A stretch of 64,000 nt of DNA from a virus. Taxonomy: Duplodnaviria > Caudoviricetes. A model generated the notes under the pieces. That model did no database searches and had not been told where the DNA came from. It saw only the letters and a program-made list of their open reading frames with translations. Positions 1 to 8,151 of the stretch are shown in pieces; the first letter of the stretch is position 1, and the number at the start of each line of letters is the position of its first letter. The DNA is taken from IMG/VR virus record IMGVR_UViG_3300027914_001438, positions 10,991-74,990 of that record. One strand, 5' to 3'. The position numbers were made by a program, and so were the translations under genes.

Positions 1-2
1 AT

Positions 3-959
3 ATCTTATCTGAGATGGATTATCCAGGGAAAGACTACGCGATAGTCTTCATTCGTCGTTGCGTCGAGCGCGGCGTCCCGCTGGAGCTCCTGTTGGACTA
101 CGACAAGTGGCGCGTTATGGCAGTGAAACCGATCGGCGGCGGCAGCCCCCAGGCTCGCCAGCTCGCGCTCAATAATTTAATGCAAGTGCGTGGAGAACTG
201 GATGAGCGCGGACGTAAAGAAGTTCTGCGCGAGTACGCGGCCGCACAGACGTCCTACGAAGAACTCGATCGCTTCATTCCTTTAATGAACAGAGACGAGA
301 TGAACAGCAACGAACACAGCATAGCCGCGCTTGAAAATGCGAGCTTCGGTGCGGGAATACAGATCCCGGCCGGCAGTGACCAGATTCATACGATTCACTT
401 TAAGAGCCATGCTCAGCAGATTCTTCAGATCATGCAGGCGGTGCAGGAGCAAGGTTTAGAAGCCGTGGACCCGCAGCGCGCTATGATGTATATCGGCGCG
501 GCTCTCCCGAATATGGAGGCGCATCTCCAGTACCTGCAGACGGATCCGACTCGCAAGGCCTTCGTACAGGAGGGCGTGCAGGTTCTTCGTCAGGCTTCCG
601 CGTTGTACGACGTATTCGCCAAGCAGATCCAGAAGATGCAGGAAGAGCAGGCGAAGCTCGAACAGCAGCGTGCCGAGCAGCTGCAGGGCGCAGAGCAGCG
701 GGCGCTGAGTGCCGAAGCTCAAGTGGAGCTGGCGAAGGCAGAGATGGCTGCGCAGGTTGATGCGATGAAGGTGCAGTCACTGAATGCGATGCGGGCACAG
801 AAGACGCAAGAACAGCTGCGCATTAAAGCTGAGCAGAACGCGCAGGACATGCGTCTTAAGGCGGAACGTCAGGCCGTTGATATAGCTTTGGATCAGGCGA
901 AAGTCCAAGCAAAGCTCGAAATTGAGCGGGCGAAGGCGCAGACCCCGCCCGGTAAGTAA
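3..959 (+). CDS. Probable portal protein, C-terminal part (truncated by window edge)
   Basis: The frame is open from the window edge (ATC TTA TCT GAG ATG). It has a long Q/E/A-rich coiled-coil C-terminus and sits upstream of scaffold and capsid genes. The call is mainly positional. Confidence 0.5.
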   Translation: MLSEMDYPGKDYAIVFIRRCVERGVPLELLLDYDKWRVMAVKPIGGGSPQARQLALNNLMQVRGELDERGRKEVLREYAAAQTSYEELDRFIPLMNRDEMNSNEHSIAALENASFGAGIQIPAGSDQIHTIHFKSHAQQILQIMQAVQEQGLEAVDPQRAMMYIGAALPNMEAHLQYLQTDPTRKAFVQEGVQVLRQASALYDVFAKQIQKMQEEQAKLEQQRAEQLQGAEQRALSAEAQVELAKAEMAAQVDAMKVQSLNAMRAQKTQEQLRIKAEQNAQDMRLKAERQAVDIALDQAKVQAKLEIERAKAQTPPGK

Positions 960-977
960 AAATAAGGAGACCTGGAA

Positions 978-1322
978 ATGATTAACACGAAGAACATCGG
1001 ACTTGCGAGTCTATTTAAGACGCCCGGAGTCCGAGAAAAATACAGGGCCTGGGCCCTGGCACCTGAGACGGCCCAGTTCCTAAGTCTCGCGGCAGACCTG
1101 GTGTCGCCGAAGCCGAGCGACCCGACAACTCGCTCCGTCCATTCAGAGGCGGTTGCGATGCTTGTCAGGAGAGAGACAGCGGAGGAGTTCATGGAGGCGT
1201 GTCAGCGCCTCGAGGACTTCGCAGATTTGGAGGGCGATAATGTGCTTCCGCCCACCACGTATGGAGCCACGCTCCCGACGAAAAAAACTGAAGCCGAAAC
1301 AGCCATGCCCCCGAAGGCGTAA
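978..1322 (+). CDS. Hypothetical head-module protein (114 aa)
   Basis: ORF with AAGGAG SD upstream, collinear in the structural operon. Confidence 0.7.
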   Translation: MINTKNIGLASLFKTPGVREKYRAWALAPETAQFLSLAADLVSPKPSDPTTRSVHSEAVAMLVRRETAEEFMEACQRLEDFADLEGDNVLPPTTYGATLPTKKTEAETAMPPKA

Positions 1323-1343
1323 ATAACGGGGAGAAGAGGACAA

Positions 1344-2534
1344 ATGAGTAAGACAGTAGACACTGCCGGCGCGACCGCCGGCGCAGCAGCCGCAGAATCA
1401 GCCGGTGAATTCATCGACAACATGTTTGGCGAAGAGCAGCCGCAGCCCCAACCGCAGCCCGAGCCGCAGCCCGAGCCGCAGCCCGGCATGAAGGCGGGCG
1501 ACCCGGGAGAGCTGAGCGACTTCGTGCCGATCGACCCGCCGAAACCGGCTGAAGACGAGCCCGTGCTTCCTATAAAAACAGACGAGTCCGTTCCAGACCA
1601 CGTGGTTCGTAAGGGCGACGAGGCGATCAAGACTTGGAAACAGCTTCGTTCAGAACTGGAGACCGAGCGCCAGAAGGCGATTGACATCGAGCGCGACCGT
1701 CAGATGAAAGAGCAAGAGCTGGAAGAGCTGCGTAAGAAGCTCGAGACCGCGCCGTCGGAAGACAAGCTGAAGGAGATGGAAGACAAGCTGAAAGAGCAAG
1801 AAGACTACATCGGTCAGATGGATATCACCCGCTCCAAAGTCTTTCAGGAGACTTACGACAAGCCGTTCCGGGACCTGTTCGGAAAAGTAGTCCGCCAGTT
1901 TATGCGCAGCGGAAAAAATCAGGAGCAGGCGGTAGAGCTGGCTCGTACCGTGTTTAGGCCCGGGATGAATGACCCGGCCAGGCTCGAAGAAGTGCTGCCG
2001 GAAGAGACTGCCGTGACCATTGGAGCCGTAGCCACCTTGCTGGAAGATCGCGAGGATTTGGCGCGCCGGCGTGATGACGCCATAAAGAACTGGCGCGAGA
2101 CGCGCGCGGCCATCGAAGTCGAGGAGACTCGCCGGGTGTCCACCAGCATGGCCGAGCAGTTGACCCGGGTATCCGAACAGGCGTTCGAGGCCGTCTCCAA
2201 GGATGGTTCGTGGCTGTATCAGCGCGGCCAGGATCCGAAATGGAACGAGGGCGTAGAGGCGCGCAGGAACGCCGCGATTGGGTATATCCGCGCAGGCAAG
2301 CCCGAAGATCTGGCCCGGCTCGTGTTTGAGGGCATTGCCGCTCCCACGTACCGAAAGGGCTACGAGCAGCTGAAGACTAAGTACGAAGACTTGAAGTCCA
2401 AGTATGACGCCATAGCGAACAGAACTCGCCCCAGTCTGGGCGGCAGTTCGAATCAGCCTACCACGCGCGCTCCGGGCGAGGCGGCTCCTCCGACCTCCGT
2501 GAATGAATTCGTGGACCAGAACTGGGAACAATAA
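1344..2534 (+). CDS. Probable capsid scaffolding protein
   Basis: Acidic N-terminus with a PQPQPE repeat and a central coiled coil; lies between portal and capsid genes. Confidence 0.65.
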   Translation: MSKTVDTAGATAGAAAAESAGEFIDNMFGEEQPQPQPQPEPQPEPQPGMKAGDPGELSDFVPIDPPKPAEDEPVLPIKTDESVPDHVVRKGDEAIKTWKQLRSELETERQKAIDIERDRQMKEQELEELRKKLETAPSEDKLKEMEDKLKEQEDYIGQMDITRSKVFQETYDKPFRDLFGKVVRQFMRSGKNQEQAVELARTVFRPGMNDPARLEEVLPEETAVTIGAVATLLEDREDLARRRDDAIKNWRETRAAIEVEETRRVSTSMAEQLTRVSEQAFEAVSKDGSWLYQRGQDPKWNEGVEARRNAAIGYIRAGKPEDLARLVFEGIAAPTYRKGYEQLKTKYEDLKSKYDAIANRTRPSLGGSSNQPTTRAPGEAAPPTSVNEFVDQNWEQ

Positions 2535-2548
2535 ACTGTAACTAGATT

Positions 2549-2579
2549 AGCCCCGGGTCTTGACGGCCCGGGGCTTTTT
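2549..2579 (+). terminator. Rho-independent terminator
   Basis: AGCCCCGGGTC-TTGAC-GGCCCGGGGCT followed by TTTT, just after the scaffold stop. Confidence 0.75.
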
Positions 2580-2588
2580 GCGTATATT
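2560..2588 (+). promoter_or_regulatory. Sigma70-like promoter overlapping the terminator
   Basis: TTGACG-17 bp-TATATT; the -35 box lies in the hairpin loop. Confidence 0.6.
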
Positions 2589-2624
2589 AAAGATGTTGGG
2601 TGACACCAGCAGAAGGAGTGACTT

Positions 2625-3539
2625 ATGGACGAACAGTTTATTGAAGAGAACAGCAACCCGGTCCCGGAGGTTATCGACGCGCAATGCGAAGTCGCTCCAC
2701 CTGTGTCACCCGGGGCCGGGTCTGCTACGAAGGTGTGTACCAAGTGTGGCCTGGAGAAACCAGTCACTGAGTTTTCACGATCGCGTGCTGTGAAATCTGG
2801 ACGCGCGTCTAGTTGTAAAGTATGTTACCGGGCGGCAGACAAACGAATGCGATCCTCGCGTCGGGAAGCTGACCTGTGTTCAAGATGTGGAAATCCGGCG
2901 GAGCCCGGAAAAACACGTTGTGCCGGGTGCAACTCGAAGCACAATGCTAAAGAACGCCGATACACTATTTCAAATCCGGATGGAAAACGCGCGCGTCAGA
3001 CCAGGTATAAAAATAAGAATTTGGATGCCTTTCGTGCCCGCGTTACTTCCCGGGCAGACGAGAGGTATAGAACGGACACACATTTTCGACTGTCCTCTGT
3101 TTTAAGGGCGCGGCTTAGGGCGGCGGTGAAGGCCGGATTTTCTCGTTTGGCGAGCAGCGTTAAAGACCTCGGCTGTTCGATAGAAGAATTTAGAGAATAC
3201 ATAGAGGATCAGTTTTTGCCCGGGATGTCGTGGAGTAACTGGGGGAGAGGGCCGGGTCACTGGAATATAGACCACATAGTCCCTTTCGCGATAGTTGATC
3301 TAAACAATCAAGAAGTTCAACGTAAAATTGTGCACCACTCCAATCTTCGTCCGCTGTGGTTTGATGATAACCAGACACGAAAGAGCCCAGAGCTGCTTCG
3401 TACGGAACTGGTGGAGCTGGGGCTTATAGAAGACGACGGTTCGATAATTTTTCCGATTGATAAGGAAAACCCCGCCAAGGACTTGACTTGTATTCCAGAA
3501 AATGCTAAATATAAGAGTGGATCTATAAATCCGAAGTGA
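2625..3539 (+). CDS. Free-standing HNH (endonuclease VII-like) homing endonuclease with N-terminal Zn fingers
   Basis: CTKC..CKVC and CSRC..CAGC motifs; C-terminal LGCSIEEF...GMSWSNWG..WNIDHIVP...HHSNLRPLW..DN motif typical of viral HNH nucleases. Confidence 0.85.
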   Translation: MDEQFIEENSNPVPEVIDAQCEVAPPVSPGAGSATKVCTKCGLEKPVTEFSRSRAVKSGRASSCKVCYRAADKRMRSSRREADLCSRCGNPAEPGKTRCAGCNSKHNAKERRYTISNPDGKRARQTRYKNKNLDAFRARVTSRADERYRTDTHFRLSSVLRARLRAAVKAGFSRLASSVKDLGCSIEEFREYIEDQFLPGMSWSNWGRGPGHWNIDHIVPFAIVDLNNQEVQRKIVHHSNLRPLWFDDNQTRKSPELLRTELVELGLIEDDGSIIFPIDKENPAKDLTCIPENAKYKSGSINPK

Positions 3540-3655
3540 TCCAGCGGCCCCACCCGGGGATAAGGCAGATGCTGAAAAGACCGATCGCATCGTCGGTAGT
3601 AAGAACGACGCTCGAGAGGGCGTGAGATTTTTTAACCAACGATAAGGAGAGGCAT

Positions 3656-5269
3656 ATGCCACACCCGATTACAATTCCGAACGTTGATACTACTATCAAC
3701 GGGCGTCTGTTGCAGACGGACGCGAAACTTATACGCCTGGCAGAACACGTCGGCGAGTTCTTGAAAAACGGGCAAATGCAGCGCCCCAACGCCTGGCGCG
3801 ACCTCGTGCCCTACGGCGTGTACGAACCGTTCATGGGTCAGAGCCAGACGACCAACATCTTCCGCGGCACCCTCGGTGAACAGGCCGGCCTGTCGGCGTG
3901 GTCGAAGGTTCAGCCCAGCGCGCGCGGCTCCGGACAGAGCGACGGCGTCGACGCCTGTACGTACAACCCCCGTACTTATGACTGGAACGTGGAGTCCATG
4001 GGCTACACCGGTTTCCGGCGTGAGTGGAAGTCCCCGGTCCTTTGCGTCCGCGACTTCTATACGGCCGACAAGGCGAAAGAGCAGCTGGCTATGATTCTGA
4101 AAGCCGGCGGCGCGATCGTCGACGACACCCGCGAGACGTTCCAGCGTGAAATCTATATGTGGTTCGCCAGCCTTGCTGGTCACTGCGTTGTGATGACTTC
4201 TGGTTTCTGCGACTTTATTGACAACTCGGCGACCCGCTTCAGCTTCGATCCGTTCGTGGACGACGCCGACGGCGATGAGGTCATCACGTTCAATAAGGCG
4301 CTGCTCCCGAATATCAGCACTCTGAACTGGGACTATCTGGACTACTGCAAACAGTGGCTTACGGATATGGCTCCCGACGGCGCGGTTGGCAATGACTCCG
4401 GCATGCCGGTCTTCATGGCCATGATGGACAAGAACGAATTCGAGCAGATGGTGTACAACGACGCCAACCTGCGCGAAGACTTCCGCTATGCGAAAGCTCA
4501 GCAGCTGATCACCGGCTTCGATATGGGCTTCAAGACCTATCGCGGTATTGCGATCGCCCACGATCCGCAGCAGCCTCGCTGGGCTCTTAAGAGCATCGGC
4601 GCGACCAACGCGACTCTGAAGCGCGTGAAGCCCCGCCGCTATGGCGCCGCTATCGCGATCGGTAACCGCCCCGAGACCAATCCTGACTACCTGAACGCAG
4701 AGTTCGGTACGATCATCTTCTTCTTGAAGAACACGTACACGATCCTCGTTCCGCGCGTCTTGACGAGCCTCGGCTCCGGCACGTCCTTCTCCGCTGGCGC
4801 CCCGGCGTTCAACGGCAACTGGGCCTGGATCAACAACCGCGACATGGACACCAACGTCCTTGGCGAAATCGGCTACTTCTTCTGCCGCTTCGAGTATCAC
4901 CCGAAGCCCGAAGACAACGCCGCCAACGCCATCGTGTTGCTGTACCGTCGTTGTGTGGTTCCTCGCGTGACCCGTTGTGATACGGACACTGACGGAACGA
5001 CCGAGATCGACGAAGCCGTCGCCGCGTCCTCGATGGACTCGGTTGACACGGATGACTTCGGCACCGCCGTCGTCTTCACGATCACGATGCCTGATCCTAT
5101 CGAGGTCAGCGTCGGAACAGCTGTGACGATCACGGACGTTACTACGTCCGAGACGATCAGCGGGTACATCGCGGCCACAGTGGACGCCCCGACGTATACC
5201 GTCATGATTGAGACCGCGAACGCCGCCTTCACCGACGGTGTGGATGGTCATACGATCGTGCTGGCATAA
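3656..5269 (+). CDS. Major capsid protein (with acidic C-terminal extension)
   Basis: Strong SD, highly biased codon use, size and position after scaffold, followed by a stable hairpin. Confidence 0.75.
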   Translation: MPHPITIPNVDTTINGRLLQTDAKLIRLAEHVGEFLKNGQMQRPNAWRDLVPYGVYEPFMGQSQTTNIFRGTLGEQAGLSAWSKVQPSARGSGQSDGVDACTYNPRTYDWNVESMGYTGFRREWKSPVLCVRDFYTADKAKEQLAMILKAGGAIVDDTRETFQREIYMWFASLAGHCVVMTSGFCDFIDNSATRFSFDPFVDDADGDEVITFNKALLPNISTLNWDYLDYCKQWLTDMAPDGAVGNDSGMPVFMAMMDKNEFEQMVYNDANLREDFRYAKAQQLITGFDMGFKTYRGIAIAHDPQQPRWALKSIGATNATLKRVKPRRYGAAIAIGNRPETNPDYLNAEFGTIIFFLKNTYTILVPRVLTSLGSGTSFSAGAPAFNGNWAWINNRDMDTNVLGEIGYFFCRFEYHPKPEDNAANAIVLLYRRCVVPRVTRCDTDTDGTTEIDEAVAASSMDSVDTDDFGTAVVFTITMPDPIEVSVGTAVTITDVTTSETISGYIAATVDAPTYTVMIETANAAFTDGVDGHTIVLA

Positions 5270-5275
5270 TCAACA

Positions 5276-5306
5276 CCTGGGGCCCCGGCCAATCCGGGGC
5301 CCCGGG
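5276..5306 (+). terminator. GC-rich hairpin after capsid gene (terminator or mRNA stabiliser)
   Basis: GGGGCCCCGG-CCAAT-CCGGGGCCCC perfect 10-bp stem; only a weak U tract. Confidence 0.5.
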
Positions 5307-5331
5307 ACAACTTTAAAAGAGGAGTACTATC

Positions 5332-5640
5332 ATGGGTAGCTATACAAATCGACTCGGACAGACTGTGGTTTATACCGCGACGCCTTCCGGAATGCTTCCG
5401 ACCTACGACCCGACTGATACAGATCAGTCTGGAAACGGGATCACCGTTCCGAATACGGCTGACGGACAGCCGCAGCCATATGAGACTGCCGCGGTTGTCG
5501 CGACGGACACTCAGGATACTGCGAACGTTCATCCGCTCTATCCGCTGTATCCCGGCGCTGAAGACGCGGTTGTTGCTGGCGTTGATACTCAGAGCGCGAT
5601 CGCGGCTGAGATTGATGCTGTGGTCGAAGACGCGTACTAA
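5332..5640 (+). CDS. Small acidic virion protein (possible decoration protein)
   Basis: 102 aa, AGAGGAG SD, T/D/A-rich, directly after the capsid gene. Confidence 0.6.
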   Translation: MGSYTNRLGQTVVYTATPSGMLPTYDPTDTDQSGNGITVPNTADGQPQPYETAAVVATDTQDTANVHPLYPLYPGAEDAVVAGVDTQSAIAAEIDAVVEDAY

Positions 5641-5651
5641 GCGAATTCGAA

Positions 5652-5819
5652 ATGGCCTGTTGCTGCAATATTTGCTGTCCGTTCTACTCATCCTGTGAGA
5701 GAACGGACAGCTCTTGCAGCGACTATCGGTGTAGACCTGACAGCGACACGTGGTTGGTGTCCCCCGCCGATTTTGAGGCGGAGGAAACTACCAATGCCGC
5801 AATTGATTTAACAGAATAA
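5652..5819 (+). CDS. Putative 55-aa Cys-rich micro-protein (MACCCNICCPF...)
   Basis: Manually translated ORF with 8 Cys in the first 27 aa and an acidic tail. It has no clear SD and overlaps a long hairpin. Confidence 0.35.
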   Translation: MACCCNICCPFYSSCERTDSSCSDYRCRPDSDTWLVSPADFEAEETTNAAIDLTE

Positions 5820-5830
5820 ACTGACGTTCG

Positions 5831-5882
5831 GCCGACTGCGCGGTTCCAGGTCTCCTCGTGGAAAGCCGGCGTCGGTTTTTCT
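5831..5882 (+). terminator. Terminator-like hairpin
   Basis: GCCGAC...GTCGGT stem with inner CGGTTCCA/TGGAA..CCG pairing, followed by T tracts. Confidence 0.45.
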
Positions 5883-5916
5883 ATTTTTGAAATTTGACTG
5901 TAGCAGAGGAGCAATC

Positions 5917-6525
5917 GTGGACTATCCGCTGTCGTCTGAGAGAGTTAGTGGGGTGTACGGACTATTCTGCACCGATTCCGGAAAAGTGTACGTGGGCCAG
6001 AGCGTGCACATGTATCACAGATTCACGGACCACATTAAAAAACTTCGTCGCGGCACCCACACCTCGAGACACTTGCAGTCTGCTTTCTCAAAATATGGCG
6101 AGGCTGCCTTTGAATTTAGGGTGTTGGAAGAAGTCCCGGAAGATATGCTCGGAGCACGCGAAAAATCCTGGATACGATATTTTTGTGCCACTGATAGGCG
6201 ATTTGGATATAACACTACCGAAGGCGGAGACGCGCCCCGGCACTCCCCCGAAACGCTAAAAATTATGTCTGAGAAAAGCAAGGCCCGTGGCGGCCCACCG
6301 AGGAAGGCTGTCGAGATGGCCGCGGAGCTTCACCGCGGGAAACCGCTGTCCGAGGAGCACCGGACTAAGATATCCCTGTCACTTCGAGGGAAGAAAAAAC
6401 CATCGGAACACGTCCAAAAGGTGACCGCAGCCCTCAACACAGAGGCAGTTCGTAACAAAATGCGGGCGGCCCACGCCCGGCGCAAACAGGCCAAAAAGGA
6501 GGCAGAAAGTGGAGAGAACGTTTGA
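5917..6525 (+). CDS. GIY-YIG homing endonuclease with NUMOD3-like repeats
   Basis: GVYGLF...VYVGQS, R..H, FEFRVLEE, GYN; C-terminal HSPETLKIMS and LSEEHRTKIS repeats. GTG start at 5917 follows a GAGGAG SD. Confidence 0.9.
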   Translation: MDYPLSSERVSGVYGLFCTDSGKVYVGQSVHMYHRFTDHIKKLRRGTHTSRHLQSAFSKYGEAAFEFRVLEEVPEDMLGAREKSWIRYFCATDRRFGYNTTEGGDAPRHSPETLKIMSEKSKARGGPPRKAVEMAAELHRGKPLSEEHRTKISLSLRGKKKPSEHVQKVTAALNTEAVRNKMRAAHARRKQAKKEAESGENV

Positions 6526-7159
6526 CAGAATAGCGAAGTTCGACGAAAGAAGCCTCCGATTTCCCGCCATGGCCCTGTTGTGGGGCACCACCAAGCCGCG
6601 CTCTTACACCTGGCGCTGCGACGTTAATCTTGATCAGGGCCGCGAGGGCGCCTGCACGGGCTTTGCGGTGACCCACGAAGCGGCCGCCCGCCCGTGCGTA
6701 GTAAGTCCAGTTTCCGACGACATAGCCCGCAGCATTTACCACCGCGCGAAAGAAATTGACGAATGGCCGGGTCCCGCATACGAGGGATCTTCTGTTCTCG
6801 CGGCCATGAAGGCCGGTAAAGAACGCGGGTGGTACGACGAGTACCGCTGGGCATTCAGTGAAGACGAACTTGCTTTCGCCGTAGGACACCTCGGACCCGC
6901 AGTCCTTGGAATAAACTGGTACGCGGGAATGTCCCAGCCAGATTCTAAAGGTTTCGTTCATCCGACAGGGGCGCTTCAGGGCGGACACGCGATCCTCTGT
7001 AATGGATATAGCTACAAGTTGCGCGTGTACAGGTTGCACAACTCGTGGGGAGCGGACTGGGGTGTCCGCGGCGATTGTTTCATAAGCGCCGCAGACTTGG
7101 CGAAGCTGCTTGGAGAGCGTGGAGATGCGTGCATTCCGGTTATTAGAAAGAAGCCGTGA
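6509..7159 (+). CDS. Papain-like (C1A) cysteine peptidase
   Basis: DQGREGACTGFA (Q, catalytic C), GGHAI (H) and LHNSWG..WG (N) motifs. Confidence 0.85.
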   Translation: MERTFDRIAKFDERSLRFPAMALLWGTTKPRSYTWRCDVNLDQGREGACTGFAVTHEAAARPCVVSPVSDDIARSIYHRAKEIDEWPGPAYEGSSVLAAMKAGKERGWYDEYRWAFSEDELAFAVGHLGPAVLGINWYAGMSQPDSKGFVHPTGALQGGHAILCNGYSYKLRVYRLHNSWGADWGVRGDCFISAADLAKLLGERGDACIPVIRKKP

Positions 7160-7161
7160 AG

Positions 7162-7190
7162 TAGACACGGGCGTCGATAACTGGTATTAT
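7162..7190 (+). promoter_or_regulatory. Sigma70-like promoter with extended -10
   Basis: TAGACA-17 bp-TATTAT, TGn before -10, in an intergenic gap. Confidence 0.6.
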
Positions 7191-7221
7191 GTATTTGTGT
7201 TTTTATTAAGGAGATGCGATT

Positions 7222-7653
7222 ATGACAAGATGTTGTTCCTCGTTCAGTAACTGCTCACCAGAGCCCGCGGCCGTAAATATTGTGATAAACCAGTTCATGA
7301 TAAATGAAGATAATCTTAACTTTCGTGTCGAGCGGCTTCTTGGCAGCAACAAGATAGCGGCGAACGTTTGTGACCCGAACTATCCTGCAGCGCTTGGTGA
7401 TGGAGTAGTGCCGCGGTATTATTTCATTTTGGACGAAGCCGCCGTGCACCCGCACTCCGTGTCTCTGCGCCTTGCCGGCACAGTAGACCAGCGTCCGTTG
7501 GTTGGTCAGGGATTGACGGGAGCTATAAACGAGGACGTACAGCTTGACGGGGAGACCCCCGACTTCGTCGTATCCGGCAATTTGCTTTTCGTTACCTTTG
7601 AAATTGCTGACGATGATGTATTGTACGTGAAATATATGGGGACACCAGCGTAA
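7222..7653 (+). CDS. Hypothetical virion protein (143 aa)
   Basis: AAGGAG SD, beta-rich composition, structural operon. Confidence 0.65.
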   Translation: MTRCCSSFSNCSPEPAAVNIVINQFMINEDNLNFRVERLLGSNKIAANVCDPNYPAALGDGVVPRYYFILDEAAVHPHSVSLRLAGTVDQRPLVGQGLTGAINEDVQLDGETPDFVVSGNLLFVTFEIADDDVLYVKYMGTPA

Positions 7654-7662
7654 GGAGACCAA

Positions 7663-8151
7663 ATGCCGCGCCTGTTTACCTCGACCCAGTTGGCAAGGCT
7701 GAAGCGAGAGTTCGTTGAACAGCCCTTAACCGCAGAGCAAATCGCTGACGGCGCCATAACCGCGTCGAAGCTGGACACGGACTACGCCGAGGTAACTGAT
7801 CTGGACTCGGCGAATACGGCTATCCAAAGCCTGGATGGCCGCGTGGATGTCCTGGAAACTGATCTGGCGAATCTGGCCTCGGGCCTCGCCCCGGTGGCTA
7901 TTAGCGGGGCGTACGCGGACTTGACCGGGACGCCGGCTCCGAGACAGCTGCACGTAGAACAGCGCACGTGGCTTGCGGGAGAGACGGATCACACCCTGGC
8001 GCACGCCCCGGCGGGCGGCGTCGTAAACATTTTAAATGACGGAGTTATAGTAGACGCGGCCGACTTCACGGTTACCGGAAGCGTAGTTGCATTTCTAGTT
8101 GCACCCGGAGCCGCAGTAGTTTCTACGTTCCACTATCTTTACGAGGCATAA
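7663..8151 (+). CDS. Tail-fibre-related small protein
   Basis: ADGAITASKL and VAISGAYADLTGTP motifs are common in phage fibre proteins; short coiled coil. Confidence 0.5.
   Translation: MPRLFTSTQLARLKREFVEQPLTAEQIADGAITASKLDTDYAEVTDLDSANTAIQSLDGRVDVLETDLANLASGLAPVAISGAYADLTGTPAPRQLHVEQRTWLAGETDHTLAHAPAGGVVNILNDGVIVDAADFTVTGSVVAFLVAPGAAVVSTFHYLYEA

Noticed and set aside
5641-6525. Group I intron carrying the GIY-YIG ORF
   Set aside because: Flanking genes are complete, and I found no P7 core or split exon; the endonucleases look free-standing.
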